Counted from the stretch's first letter, positions 29,102 through 39,026 are shown. The stretch: 64,000 bases of DNA from Thermodesulfobacteriota bacterium (GCA_049320885.1 JBMORA010000029.1:63516-127515); one strand, 5' to 3'. Numbers and translations are program-made. Notes: generated by a model not told the origin, from the sequence alone.

Positions 29102-31339
29102 CTAGTATCTTTCGAATTCATCCTCCGTTTCCTCGGCTTCCTTGCAGCGATCCCGCATCTCCAGCATCACGCCCTTGGAAGCGGAAGAATGGCCCACGGC
29201 CGACGGTTTTTTCCCTGGCGCCGGACGTTTTTCCTTGCGAAAAATGGCAGCGGCCGCGATTGCCGGTTTGCCGGTCGCTGGTTGTATGTCGATCGTAAAA
29301 AAGCTCATGGTCTGCTGCAACTGTTCCGCCTGGGCGGAAAGCTCCTCGGCGGTGGACGACATTTCTTCCGAAGCGCTGGCGTTTTGCTGGATCACTTGGT
29401 CCAATTGTTGCAGAGCTTGGTTGACCTGCTCCGCCCCGGTGCTCTGTTCGTTGGAGGCGGCGCTGATTTCCTGGACAAGATCCGCTGTTTTCCGGATATC
29501 CGGGACGATCTTGTCCAGCATCTCACCGGCCTTTTCGGCAATTTCGACGCTTTCAGCGGACAATTCGCGAATTTCACCCGCCGCTGACTGACTGCGCTCG
29601 GCCAGTTTCCGCACCGCATCCGCGACAACGGCGAATCCCTTGCCGTGTTCGCCGGCCCGGGCCGCCTCGATGGCGGCATTCAGGGCCAGCATGTTGGTCT
29701 GGCGGGCGATTTCTTCGATAATGGTGATTTTATCGGAAATTTCCCGCATGGCCGACACGGTCTTGGCCACGGCCTCGCCGCCTTGCTGGGCGTCCTCCGC
29801 GGCGCGAATGGCGATTTTTTCAGTCTGGAGCGCATTGTCCGCATTCTGCTTGATGCTGGACGACATCTCTTCCATGGAGGCGGATGCCTCCTCCGCGGCA
29901 GACGCCTGTTCCGTGGCACCCTGGGACATCTGTTCGGCCGTGGCGCTCAGCTGGACACTGCCGGAAGCGACATAGTCGGAGGAGGTTTTGACATCCACGA
30001 CGATATTTTTCAGCGATGACACCATGTTTTTCATGGCGGTCTGGAGTTGTCCGATCTCATCTTCGCTGCTGACGGTGATTTCCAGGTTCAGATCACCCTT
30101 GGCCAGCCGGTTGGCCGCGTCCACCCCCTGGGAAATGGGTTCTTCCACGAATTTCCGGCTCATATGCAGCACCCAGGTAAAGGCCGCGACAATAAAAATG
30201 ACCATGATAATCCCCATGAACAGCAACTGATTCCGCAGATCTTTTTGAACCATCTCTTGTTTTAGTTGAATCTGGGTCTGGATGCCGTCCACATAGACTC
30301 CTGTTGCAATAATCCAGCCCCAGGGTTTGAACAGGCGCACACAGGACAATTTGGGTTCCGGTTTGTCCGAGCCGGTTTTCGGCCACATGTAGCTGACAAA
30401 TCCCTCGCCATTGCTTCTGGCGGTTTCAACCATTTCCTGAAACAGGAATTTCCCCTGGGGGTCCTTGGTATCGCGCATATTCTTGCCGACCAGTTCCCCA
30501 TTGGGATGGGCCACCATGGTATGGTCCGTATCCAGGATGAAGAAATAATCCCCCTCGCCGTATTTCATGCTGGCGATGACATTCCGGAGTCTTTCCTGAG
30601 CCTGGCGCTCGGCCTGATGGACATAGACGCCGGTTCCCACGATCCATTTCCAGGGACGGAACAGGCGCACATAGGACAGCTTGCGCACCCATTTTTCCGT
30701 ATCGTTGGGATCCGGCCAGAAATAACTGACAAATCCGTCTCCGGTGGCGGATGTCTTGCAAATTCGAGCCATTTCCTGAAACATGGGAGTCTGGGTTCCC
30801 TCCGCCAAGACCAGTTTCCCGTTTTTGGAAAAATCGGACAGGTCCTTGCCGTCCAGGTCCGGCACGATGGGATGCATCACCATGCGGGGCTTGGTGTCGT
30901 TGAGCCAGAAATAATCGTTGCTGCCGAAGCGGATGGCTTTGATATTCTGAATGGCATTGCGTCGGGCTTCCTCTGTCGCCTGCCCGGCGGTGCCCTGGGC
31001 CGAGATACTTTTTTTATGGGAGTCCTGAAGGAGGGAATAGGGAATATCCACGAGGGAACTCAGGTTTTCGCCGTATTGCTGGATCAACGCCTCGACCGTG
31101 GATGTCTGTTCATGGGCTTTTTCAACCACCGTGCAGGTGGCGTCGGTCAGGTCCTTCAGGCGTTGCCGCGTCTGCTTCATCAATTCCTGCTCGAAAGCGA
31201 CAATATCGGCTTCCGCCTTGACGACGGTCTTGTACAGCGTGTATCCGCCGATCACGCCGACGGAAATCAAGATGGACGTCACCACGATCACAATGATCTT
31301 CATCTTGATTTTCAGGTTCCTGAAGCTGAGCGTTGCCAT
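29102..31339 (-). CDS. Methyl-accepting chemotaxis protein with two Cache_2-type modules
   Basis: Two copies of DYF...HP...GFVSYxWP...KLSxVRLFxPWxWI, one HAMP, MA signalling domain, C-terminal EFERY. Confidence 0.94.
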   Translation of the reverse strand: MATLSFRNLKIKMKIIVIVVTSILISVGVIGGYTLYKTVVKAEADIVAFEQELMKQTRQRLKDLTDATCTVVEKAHEQTSTVEALIQQYGENLSSLVDIPYSLLQDSHKKSISAQGTAGQATEEARRNAIQNIKAIRFGSNDYFWLNDTKPRMVMHPIVPDLDGKDLSDFSKNGKLVLAEGTQTPMFQEMARICKTSATGDGFVSYFWPDPNDTEKWVRKLSYVRLFRPWKWIVGTGVYVHQAERQAQERLRNVIASMKYGEGDYFFILDTDHTMVAHPNGELVGKNMRDTKDPQGKFLFQEMVETARSNGEGFVSYMWPKTGSDKPEPKLSCVRLFKPWGWIIATGVYVDGIQTQIQLKQEMVQKDLRNQLLFMGIIMVIFIVAAFTWVLHMSRKFVEEPISQGVDAANRLAKGDLNLEITVSSEDEIGQLQTAMKNMVSSLKNIVVDVKTSSDYVASGSVQLSATAEQMSQGATEQASAAEEASASMEEMSSSIKQNADNALQTEKIAIRAAEDAQQGGEAVAKTVSAMREISDKITIIEEIARQTNMLALNAAIEAARAGEHGKGFAVVADAVRKLAERSQSAAGEIRELSAESVEIAEKAGEMLDKIVPDIRKTADLVQEISAASNEQSTGAEQVNQALQQLDQVIQQNASASEEMSSTAEELSAQAEQLQQTMSFFTIDIQPATGKPAIAAAAIFRKEKRPAPGKKPSAVGHSSASKGVMLEMRDRCKEAEETEDEFERY

Positions 31340-31417
31340 GGAATTCCTCCTGCCCGTGTTGTTTAGGGTAATGTTTCACCGCGGTCCGCCGGACGATGAT
31401 CCTCATCCGTCCCGGGG

Positions 31418-32587
31418 TCAGACAAGTTTGTTTTTCAAAGGAAGCCGGATGGAAAAAACGGTTCCCTTTCCGATTGGTGATCGCACGGCGATGGTCCCGC
31501 CATAGGAATCGATCATCTCCTTGCAGGAGGCCAGGCCCAATCCGGTTCCGGTGGGCCGCCCGTCATCCGCGGAGAGCGGTTTGGTGGTATAAAAGGGATC
31601 GAAAATCCGGTCCAGCGCCTCTCCCGGAATACCGACACCGGTATCGCTGATATCGATATGGATTGATTGATCGTCGCTGTAGGTCCTGATGGTCAATTTT
31701 TTCTCACCCGTTTCAAACATGGCATCCACGGCATTCTGGATCAGGTTGGCCATGATCTGGCTGAAATGGGAATAAACGCCGGCGAATAAGGGTACCGGTT
31801 GCAGTTGCAGGTCCAGACGAACCTGATGCTTGAAAAACGCATCCACCCCCATCAATTCCAACTGTTCCCTCAGCACTTTGTTCATGTCCAGCAGGGTCAT
31901 TTGCCGATGACTGTTGCTGTGACAGGTGACGAGAAACGTGGCGATCATTTCCTGAAGCCGGTGCGCCGCCTTCTGGAGGGAAGCGATATGCTGGTTTTTC
32001 GGATCGTCGAGTTCGATCAGTTCGGCATATCCCATGATGGCCTGAAGCGGATTTTTCAGGTTATGAACGATACCCGCCGTATTTTTTCCAATGGCCGCCA
32101 TCTGGGCCTGGTCCAGCAACTGCTCGGTTCGTTTCTTCACTTGTTCATTGAGGCCGGCGTTCATCTCCTCCAGCTTGTCTTCAAGGGATTTCAAGCGCAT
32201 GAAGACCCTGACCTTGGCCAGTAACTCCTCCTGCTCAAAGGGTTTGCTGATATAATCGTCGGCGCCCGCTTCATATCCCTTCAGACGTTCCTGCAAGCGG
32301 TTTTCGCTTGAAACCATGATGATTTTGACGAAACCGAGACTGCGATCCCGTCTGATTTTCCGGCAAACCGAATACCCATCCATCCCTGTCATGACCACAT
32401 CCAGGAGCACCAAATCCGGTTTGTAATGCCGCATGACCCGGATGGCTTCTTCGCCGCTGTGCGCCACCTGAAGCCGGAAATGGCCCTCAAGGGTTCTGGA
32501 AATGAAATTGACCACCGAAACGGAATCATCGACGATCAATATGTTGCCACCAATTGTCCCGTTTGTTGAATTCAATCCAGTGCTCAA
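31418..32587 (-). CDS. Hybrid REC-histidine kinase, soluble, with no sensor domain
   Basis: N-terminal REC, HNLKNPL H-box, NLIQNA, DTGVGI, GTGLGL. Confidence 0.9.
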   Translation of the reverse strand: MSTGLNSTNGTIGGNILIVDDSVSVVNFISRTLEGHFRLQVAHSGEEAIRVMRHYKPDLVLLDVVMTGMDGYSVCRKIRRDRSLGFVKIIMVSSENRLQERLKGYEAGADDYISKPFEQEELLAKVRVFMRLKSLEDKLEEMNAGLNEQVKKRTEQLLDQAQMAAIGKNTAGIVHNLKNPLQAIMGYAELIELDDPKNQHIASLQKAAHRLQEMIATFLVTCHSNSHRQMTLLDMNKVLREQLELMGVDAFFKHQVRLDLQLQPVPLFAGVYSHFSQIMANLIQNAVDAMFETGEKKLTIRTYSDDQSIHIDISDTGVGIPGEALDRIFDPFYTTKPLSADDGRPTGTGLGLASCKEMIDSYGGTIAVRSPIGKGTVFSIRLPLKNKLV

Positions 32588-32603
32588 AGAGATACGTTGC
32601 GAT

Positions 32604-34205
32604 TCACTCTGTTATCCGGATATATTCGGCGATTTTGGCGCGCAGTTGATCCGCGGTGAACGGTTTGGTGAGAAAACCGTTCACTCCCGCATGCCCGGCC
32701 AGTTTCACCTGGGATGATTCGGATTCGGTTGTAATCATGATGATGGGGGTTTGGCGAGATCCCTCATGGGATCTGGCCTGTCTGGTGAACTCAATCCCGT
32801 CCATCACCGGCATGTTCATATCCGTCAAAATCATGACGAATTCGTCACCGCCATGGATCTTGTCCATGGCCTCCCGTCCGTTTTCAGTCGTCACGACCTC
32901 GAAACCCATGGCCGCGATGGTGGTTCTGTAGAAAGCCAGCATGGCTTTGGAATCATCGCTGGCTAATATTTTACGGTCGAAACGGGTGGAGGAAACCGTC
33001 GATAATGCCTCTGCATCCCGCAGTGCGGTTTCCTGGGGCATTTCCGACAGTTTCTGGCGGAAGGCCGCGATGATGGAAGGTTCCTTGATGGTCCGGATTC
33101 CATTGATCAGGACCGGCGCAAGACGCGCATCGGCATAAAGCTGTTCAAAGATTTTCATGGATTTGGATCGAACGATGGCCTGGACAAGGAGCTCCCGCGT
33201 GGTTTCATCCTGAAGGATTTTTTCCTGTATTTTTTTAATGACCCCTGGATTGACCTGGTTTTCCATGGAGGCCAGCACCGCTGTCAGAATCAGGGGGTCG
33301 GTTTCAGAAAGACCGTCCATCAGGAATACGATTCCCTTCATGAAGGGAATACGGCCAAAGGCCTCGTATGCGGCGTATTTGACATTCGGATTGTTCAGCA
33401 ACCCTCGATCCGCGGCTTGGATCAGGAGCTCTCCACCGCTTTTTTCGCCGATCATTCCGATGATATTGGCGGCCATGATTTTTGCATCCACATCGTCTCC
33501 CTCGAAAATGTTGCCGAGAAAGGGAATGACGGCTGCGCCATGGGATGTAAGTGCCCGATGCACCATCAATCGGCCGGTTGGATTTCGGTAGTGCAGCTTG
33601 GAAACCAGGTATCCCAGAACCCGTTTGTCCGCCATGCGGCCCAGGGCTTCGATGGCCGCGCCGGTCCGGATGTCGCAGGCCATATAACGCTCGTCGGTTT
33701 CGCCGTCGTCCAATAGAGCCATCAGTTTTGCAATAACGTCCGGATCGTTGTAGCGGCCCGCCGTTTCAATGGCCAAAGCAGCGAGATCCTCCTGCGGGCA
33801 ATCCATATGCTCTTTAAAAATTTTCAAAAATTCATTAGATTGAAGCTGGGACATGGCAACCAGCAACTCGCGGCGCAGGCTGTCTTCCGGTTGCCGGGAC
33901 ATCAATTCAGACAACAAAGGAATGGCTTTTTCAAAGCATTTCTGGCCGCATATTTGAATGCACAACCGTCGTATCTCCGGATGATCGTGCCGCAGACCGG
34001 TTACAGCCGCCTCCTCATTGGAGCCCAGGATTTCCCGCAGAGTCATGCCGACCATATAATCGATGGTACTGTCTTTGAGTCGATGAATGAACAGATCATA
34101 CAATTCCGGCAAGATTTCAGCCGCTGGCAGTTTTTTGACATCTTCCAGGCTCTGAATCTGTTCCACCAGGCCCTTTTGCCTGAAGTGTTGCAATGGGGTC
34201 GTCAT
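32604..34205 (-). CDS. HEAT-repeat protein with a C-terminal receiver domain
   Basis: Repeated helical motifs (AAIEALGR, AANIIGMIG, AAYEAFGRI); C-terminal DDS...TDMNMPVMDG...TKPF. Confidence 0.85.
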   Translation of the reverse strand: MTTPLQHFRQKGLVEQIQSLEDVKKLPAAEILPELYDLFIHRLKDSTIDYMVGMTLREILGSNEEAAVTGLRHDHPEIRRLCIQICGQKCFEKAIPLLSELMSRQPEDSLRRELLVAMSQLQSNEFLKIFKEHMDCPQEDLAALAIETAGRYNDPDVIAKLMALLDDGETDERYMACDIRTGAAIEALGRMADKRVLGYLVSKLHYRNPTGRLMVHRALTSHGAAVIPFLGNIFEGDDVDAKIMAANIIGMIGEKSGGELLIQAADRGLLNNPNVKYAAYEAFGRIPFMKGIVFLMDGLSETDPLILTAVLASMENQVNPGVIKKIQEKILQDETTRELLVQAIVRSKSMKIFEQLYADARLAPVLINGIRTIKEPSIIAAFRQKLSEMPQETALRDAEALSTVSSTRFDRKILASDDSKAMLAFYRTTIAAMGFEVVTTENGREAMDKIHGGDEFVMILTDMNMPVMDGIEFTRQARSHEGSRQTPIIMITTESESSQVKLAGHAGVNGFLTKPFTADQLRAKIAEYIRITE

Positions 34206-34563
34206 TGTCGATCACCTCGAAATCAATACATAACACGTTATCAAACCATTGCCGTTTTGTCGGCATTCCCACCCCGATTGAATACAGAATGCCTCCCTGC
34301 GCCAAACGGAAGCTGACAAATCATTACGATGCGCTATCGGATTGTTCGCAGTCGAAAGGTCCGGATTGTCTTCTGCGGAGAAATCGTTATTTCGGTGTAT
34401 TACCTGTTTCGCCAGCCGGGAATGGTTGCAATACCGGTCTTATTTGACGAAACGAATCAAGATACAGTTTGAATGAATGGATAAAATTATACCAGATAGA
34501 TAATAAAAATCAATGAAAAATATTGGAATGGACCATGATCGCGGTTACGAATCGATGGTGTTT

Positions 34564-35793
34564 TCAGATGCCGCGGGCCATGGTCAAAGAATTTTTATCA
34601 ACGGCAATCCGGTAATCCGGCTGAACCAATTCGCGGCCGTTATCCGTGAACGGCAGGAAAACCAGGGTATATTCTTCCGGTGCGATCCTGATTTCCGGCA
34701 ATATCGGCAAGAGCATTCTGGCCGGTTTGATGAAAGCGGCCAGAATGATTTTCAGGGCCTCCAGCGCCTCGGTTGCCGGCAAGGTTACAGGATGACTGCG
34801 ATCCGCTGCCGGCACTGCGGCCCGGAGTTCTCCTCCGGGTTGTGCGACGGTCAGACCGGTGGAAAACTGGAGAAACCGTTGGGGCCTGATTTTAAAGGCT
34901 TGAACCCAGAAATGGAAACGCCTTGTCTTCATTTCCGGTCGGATCACCCGGGGAAGATTCGCCAGTTTCACCAGGTCCGCATGGGAATCGAGTTCCAGGC
35001 CCGATACCTTGGCCCGGATACGCCATACCGGCAGAAAATAGGTCTGTTCGTCCGCTACGCCCATGAGTCCGAAATTCAATTTCCGCAAACCGTGGTCTCC
35101 GGTATGCCAAACGGATTGACAGTTGGCGCAGGTCAGGGCCAGGGATTCTTTTCGTCCTTCCAGGTCCCGGCCGCAGTTCGGACAAAGCGCTGGAATAAAA
35201 CGTAATGTCCAGCGAGCATCTTCCCTGGGATAGGTGTCGATCTCCGAAACAGCGGCAGCGCCGGTGGAGCGGGCTTCTTTCAAAACCGCGTCGAACAGCT
35301 TCTCTTCCAGATAATAGGGAGAATAAATCATGCTGAGCGAATCGCCGATAAAGGTCCGGTGCAAAACTGTTTCCGCATTCGCCGGGCTCACCAGTTCTTC
35401 GACATATCTCATGACCTGTTGAACAGGCATTTGTGGAACAACAAATCCTCCCGGGGTTCCGGAAACGGCGAATCGCAACTTCAAAGCCTGGGACCTCAAT
35501 CCCACGGAAACCGGGAAATGCGGGGAACGAAAGGCCTGATGGCTGATATCGATGAATCGATGCTCGATCCCATCGGGCTTGGAGGAAAAGACCAAACCTT
35601 TAAACCGCCAGTATGGAAAGAAAAACAGTTTCTTATCATCGCTGACGGAATGGGGAAAACAATAGCGGAAAAATCCGTCGCCCAACAGATAGGATTTCAC
35701 ACGGCAGAATCCGCAGGAGAAAAGTCGTTCGTTCTCTTCCAGAACGGCCGGGGCCCCGCATTGGGGGCACTGATGCTCAATAAAAAAGTTCAT
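34564..35793 (-). CDS. Zinc-ribbon protein with an internal duplication (YdjG-like)
   Basis: Four CxxC in two pairs (CPQC/CGFC and CPNC/CANC), each pair followed by a F/L-P-x-W-R segment. Confidence 0.7.
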   Translation of the reverse strand: MNFFIEHQCPQCGAPAVLEENERLFSCGFCRVKSYLLGDGFFRYCFPHSVSDDKKLFFFPYWRFKGLVFSSKPDGIEHRFIDISHQAFRSPHFPVSVGLRSQALKLRFAVSGTPGGFVVPQMPVQQVMRYVEELVSPANAETVLHRTFIGDSLSMIYSPYYLEEKLFDAVLKEARSTGAAAVSEIDTYPREDARWTLRFIPALCPNCGRDLEGRKESLALTCANCQSVWHTGDHGLRKLNFGLMGVADEQTYFLPVWRIRAKVSGLELDSHADLVKLANLPRVIRPEMKTRRFHFWVQAFKIRPQRFLQFSTGLTVAQPGGELRAAVPAADRSHPVTLPATEALEALKIILAAFIKPARMLLPILPEIRIAPEEYTLVFLPFTDNGRELVQPDYRIAVDKNSLTMARGI

Positions 35794-35880
35794 CGAACCT
35801 TCTCATGCAAAGAATAGTTGAAAAAAATGAAATACCCATATACAAAGTTTCTTCGAATCTGAATATGAAGGAGGTTGGAA

Positions 35881-36384
35881 ATGTTGAGATTACAAATGAC
35901 TGCCTTGGTTCTTGGTTCCTTGATAATAGCGGTTTTTTCCGGTGCGGATGGTCTGGCTGGCCAGGACGGCCGGGAAACGGCTTACAAGGGTTCGGATGGA
36001 TCACTGTGCATTCCCATGGGGAATTTTGTCATTGCTCCACCCGCGGATGTGAAACAGCTGCGATCGTCGGTTGATTTTCCGCATAGCCGGCATTTCGTTT
36101 ACAACTGCATGCGCTGCCACCACAAATGGGACGGTGTGGGACAGGTGAAAACCTGCCGGACATCCGGCTGCCACGATCAGGCGACTCCCACGGAAAAGCC
36201 TATGAAAAAAGGTTCCTATACGGATATAGCCATGAAATATTATAAATACGCCTATCACAACCAATGCCGGGGTTGTCACCAGGAAATCCGGTTGCAGAAA
36301 GCCGAAATGGCCAAATCGAGCCAAGTTGTTGAGCATCTGCCGGAAACCGGTCCCACCGGTTGCATCGAATGCCATCCAAAATGA
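35881..36384 (+). CDS. Class III tetraheme cytochrome c3
   Basis: Signal peptide, FPHSRH, CMRCHH, CRTSGCH, AYH..CRGCH, CIECH; AAGGAGG ribosome-binding site. Confidence 0.92.
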   Translation: MLRLQMTALVLGSLIIAVFSGADGLAGQDGRETAYKGSDGSLCIPMGNFVIAPPADVKQLRSSVDFPHSRHFVYNCMRCHHKWDGVGQVKTCRTSGCHDQATPTEKPMKKGSYTDIAMKYYKYAYHNQCRGCHQEIRLQKAEMAKSSQVVEHLPETGPTGCIECHPK

Positions 36385-36402
36385 TATGGTCTTTTTCCCA
36401 TT

Positions 36403-37545
36403 TCAATCCGCCAGTTTTTCACCGCATTCGTTGCAAAACAAGGCGCCGACCAGATTTTCGGTTCCGCATTTTTCGCAGACAGGCGGTTCTGCCGCAATAT
36501 CAGCAGGTCTGCCGCACCGGGAACAGAATTTGGCTGTAGGGGTCATATTTTTACCGCAGCCCCCACATTTTTGGAAAATGACCTGTTGATGGCCGCAATA
36601 GGGACAGAATTTGGCGTCCCCCGGAATGCTTTTTTGGCATTCCTGACAGGATACCGTCGTAATCTGGGCGCCGGCGGGCGTTTCCGAGGGCTTTGCTCCG
36701 GAAAAATACTGGGCGAACATGGCCGGCAGCATCAGTCCGATTCCGGCGCCCATCCCTTCTCCCGCGGTCCCCTGGGTAGTTTCCATTGCTTTTTCCATGG
36801 CCATGGCAGCTTTCATCTGCATCAACTTATTCATGTCGTCAAAAACTCCCAGGCGACTGCGGTCATCGATGGCTTTCTGGACTTCCGGCGGCGGTGTCAC
36901 GGAATTGATGTACAGATTGGTCAGGGCCAGACCGAATTGGCTGAAATCCTGCTGCAGCCTTCGCGACAGTCCCAGTGAAAGCGCGTCATATCGGGCCGGA
37001 AGGTTGAGGATGGAATCAAGGGTTTTTCCTAAATAGTCATTGAAACGGGAAACGATGACCATGTTCAAATAATTTTCAATATCGTCCGTGCGGAACATTT
37101 GTTTGGTGCCCACCAGACTGTTGATGAACAGCACGGGTTGGACGATCTGGATATTGAAAACACCGAAGGCCCGCAGCCGGATCAACCCCAGCTCCTGATC
37201 CTTGAAAGCCACCGGATCCCGCGTGCCCCATTTCAAGTCGGGGAAAATTTTCAGGTTGGTGAAATAGACTTCAGCCCGGAGAGGACTGGTGGCTCCCCAT
37301 GGCAGACTCGCGATTTTTGTCAGGATGGGAATATTGGCGGTCTTCAGGGTGTGCCTGCCGGGTCCGAAAGCCTCCAGGGCTTTGCCCTGGTAAAAGAAAA
37401 CCGCTGCCTGGTTTTCGCGAACCGTCAACTGCGCACCCCATTTGATCTCTCCCGAGCCGGCCTCCGGAATCCGGTGCACCAGCGTTGTGCCGGTCTCATC
37501 GAACCATTCCAGAACTTCCAGAAAAACAAGGTTATTGGTACCCAT
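36403..37545 (-). CDS. SPFH domain protein with C-terminal zinc ribbons (YdjI-like)
   Basis: GAQLTVRENQAAVF...FGPGRHTL.T.NIP, KWGT; three CxxC-x10-CxxCG ribbons at the C-terminus. Confidence 0.88.
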   Translation of the reverse strand: MGTNNLVFLEVLEWFDETGTTLVHRIPEAGSGEIKWGAQLTVRENQAAVFFYQGKALEAFGPGRHTLKTANIPILTKIASLPWGATSPLRAEVYFTNLKIFPDLKWGTRDPVAFKDQELGLIRLRAFGVFNIQIVQPVLFINSLVGTKQMFRTDDIENYLNMVIVSRFNDYLGKTLDSILNLPARYDALSLGLSRRLQQDFSQFGLALTNLYINSVTPPPEVQKAIDDRSRLGVFDDMNKLMQMKAAMAMEKAMETTQGTAGEGMGAGIGLMLPAMFAQYFSGAKPSETPAGAQITTVSCQECQKSIPGDAKFCPYCGHQQVIFQKCGGCGKNMTPTAKFCSRCGRPADIAAEPPVCEKCGTENLVGALFCNECGEKLAD

Positions 37546-37739
37546 GCGTTGATTTCCTTATGCTTAGCGGTTTCTGCCCCCATCTTCTGCCAAATTTATA
37601 ATGACACCGGTCTTGCCTGTCAAACCATATTTGTCCTGACTTCATACTGAAATCTGTTTTGACCCGGCTTCCAATATCTGGTACTTCCCCTATTCAGAAA
37701 AAATGTGCCGATGGAAAAACCAAACAAACGGAGCTCCAT

Positions 37740-37952
37740 GTGAAAGGGATTCTACTCATCATCGTTTTGATCGCCATGCTGGTGGCCGGTATTCTGGTCA
37801 TCAAGGACATGAACACCGGGAATGTGCCGGGCGTCGACAAACGAGAAATGGTCAAACGGGCCCAAGACACCGCAGAACAAGCGCAAAAGGCCGGCCGGGA
37901 AGCGGCTAACGCCATGGAAGAAGCCATGGGAAAAGTACGGACCGAACCGTAA
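37740..37952 (+). CDS. Small single-TM protein with an amphipathic/coiled tail
   Basis: GTG start, hydrophobic ILLIIVLIAMLVAGILVI, then an Ala/Glu/Lys-rich helix. Confidence 0.55.
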   Translation: MKGILLIIVLIAMLVAGILVIKDMNTGNVPGVDKREMVKRAQDTAEQAQKAGREAANAMEEAMGKVRTEP

Positions 37953-39026
37953 TCATGCTTTTCTCGGCGGCGATTGGACGAAGGCGGACAATTTGTCTTC
38001 ATCCAGGTGCCCGACGGAAATCCGGAGAGGCTCGCGCCGTTTTCCGGCCAGGCGCAACCAGTTGACGATTTCCGCTTCCAGAAATTCCTCCCCGACTCCA
38101 CGGCTGATCGGGGGGCCTTTCTCAACCGCATGATCCAGACGGCCTGAATTGATAAACACCCAGCCGCTGTCTCGTTGGTCCACGACGCCGGTATGGCCCC
38201 GCGTCGCTGTGGAAAAAGACAAGATCTGGCCGTTATCCAGCTGGGATTTCATCTCGTCATGTATCTGCCGGGCCTGTTTCCGGATGTCCGTCCCGGGGGA
38301 GAATGTCCGGTCAAAGACTTTTCTACCCGCTGCCGCCACAATCCCTTCGCCGCTGAGATAGGCGTTCTCCACAAGTCCTGCATCCCGGGCCATTTGAAGC
38401 AGCAAAGCTTTCAAACCGTTCTTCCCCTGGTATGACACGCCCAATTCCTGCAGGGCGTTGACAAGCAGCTCGTAACAATCCATTTCCTTGTATTGCCGCC
38501 CGATAAACGACTGGGCGGCTTTCACCAGCCTCCTTCCGCAGGACTCCGCCCGGCCCTCCCCGCCCGGCTGGCTCACTGCGTCCAGATCATCCGGCGGTTC
38601 CTCTTTCTCCGTCTTTTCCGCTGTCGCCGTGCCCCCTTCTTCCCAACAAATTTCACGCGTGGAAGGATCCAGATATACCATCGTTCCCGACGATATGCGG
38701 GTGAAGGGTTTGGAGCGGTTGATGTCGGCATGCACAATCCGCCAGCAGTCTCTGCCGAACACTGGATCCCGGATCAACAGATTGGACACCGTTGGATGAA
38801 GCCTGTCGATGGTTCCCAGGAAATACCGCCGCTCCGGTTGCGGCTCGTTCACCGGAGGCGTCATTTTTTTGGCGGATGGGGATAAGACTGCAACCGTCTC
38901 CAGACACTGATGCCGGCCATATCCCAGTTTTTTCAGACATGCGGGAAAGGACGCCGGACGGTTGCCGTTGCGGGATATTCTGGCGTCGCCGCTGCTTTCT
39001 CGCGGGTGATTCGGATCAATTTTCAT
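37953..39026 (-). CDS. Hypothetical protein with an NlpC/P60-like (papain-fold) C-terminal domain
   Basis: LVKAAQSFIGRQY..MDCYELL and GHTGVV...FINSG resemble the NlpC/P60 Cys and His motifs. Confidence 0.5.
   Translation of the reverse strand: MKIDPNHPRESSGDARISRNGNRPASFPACLKKLGYGRHQCLETVAVLSPSAKKMTPPVNEPQPERRYFLGTIDRLHPTVSNLLIRDPVFGRDCWRIVHADINRSKPFTRISSGTMVYLDPSTREICWEEGGTATAEKTEKEEPPDDLDAVSQPGGEGRAESCGRRLVKAAQSFIGRQYKEMDCYELLVNALQELGVSYQGKNGLKALLLQMARDAGLVENAYLSGEGIVAAAGRKVFDRTFSPGTDIRKQARQIHDEMKSQLDNGQILSFSTATRGHTGVVDQRDSGWVFINSGRLDHAVEKGPPISRGVGEEFLEAEIVNWLRLAGKRREPLRISVGHLDEDKLSAFVQSPPRKA

Noticed and set aside
24922..29698. 62-nt near-identical repeat (24922-24983 and 29637-29698, 3 mismatches)
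   Set aside because: It encodes the conserved MCP hairpin tip in two paralogs; not a mobile-element or CRISPR repeat.
34513..35205. 230-aa plus-strand ORF
   Set aside because: Overlaps the zinc-ribbon gene on the opposite strand, which has the better motif support.
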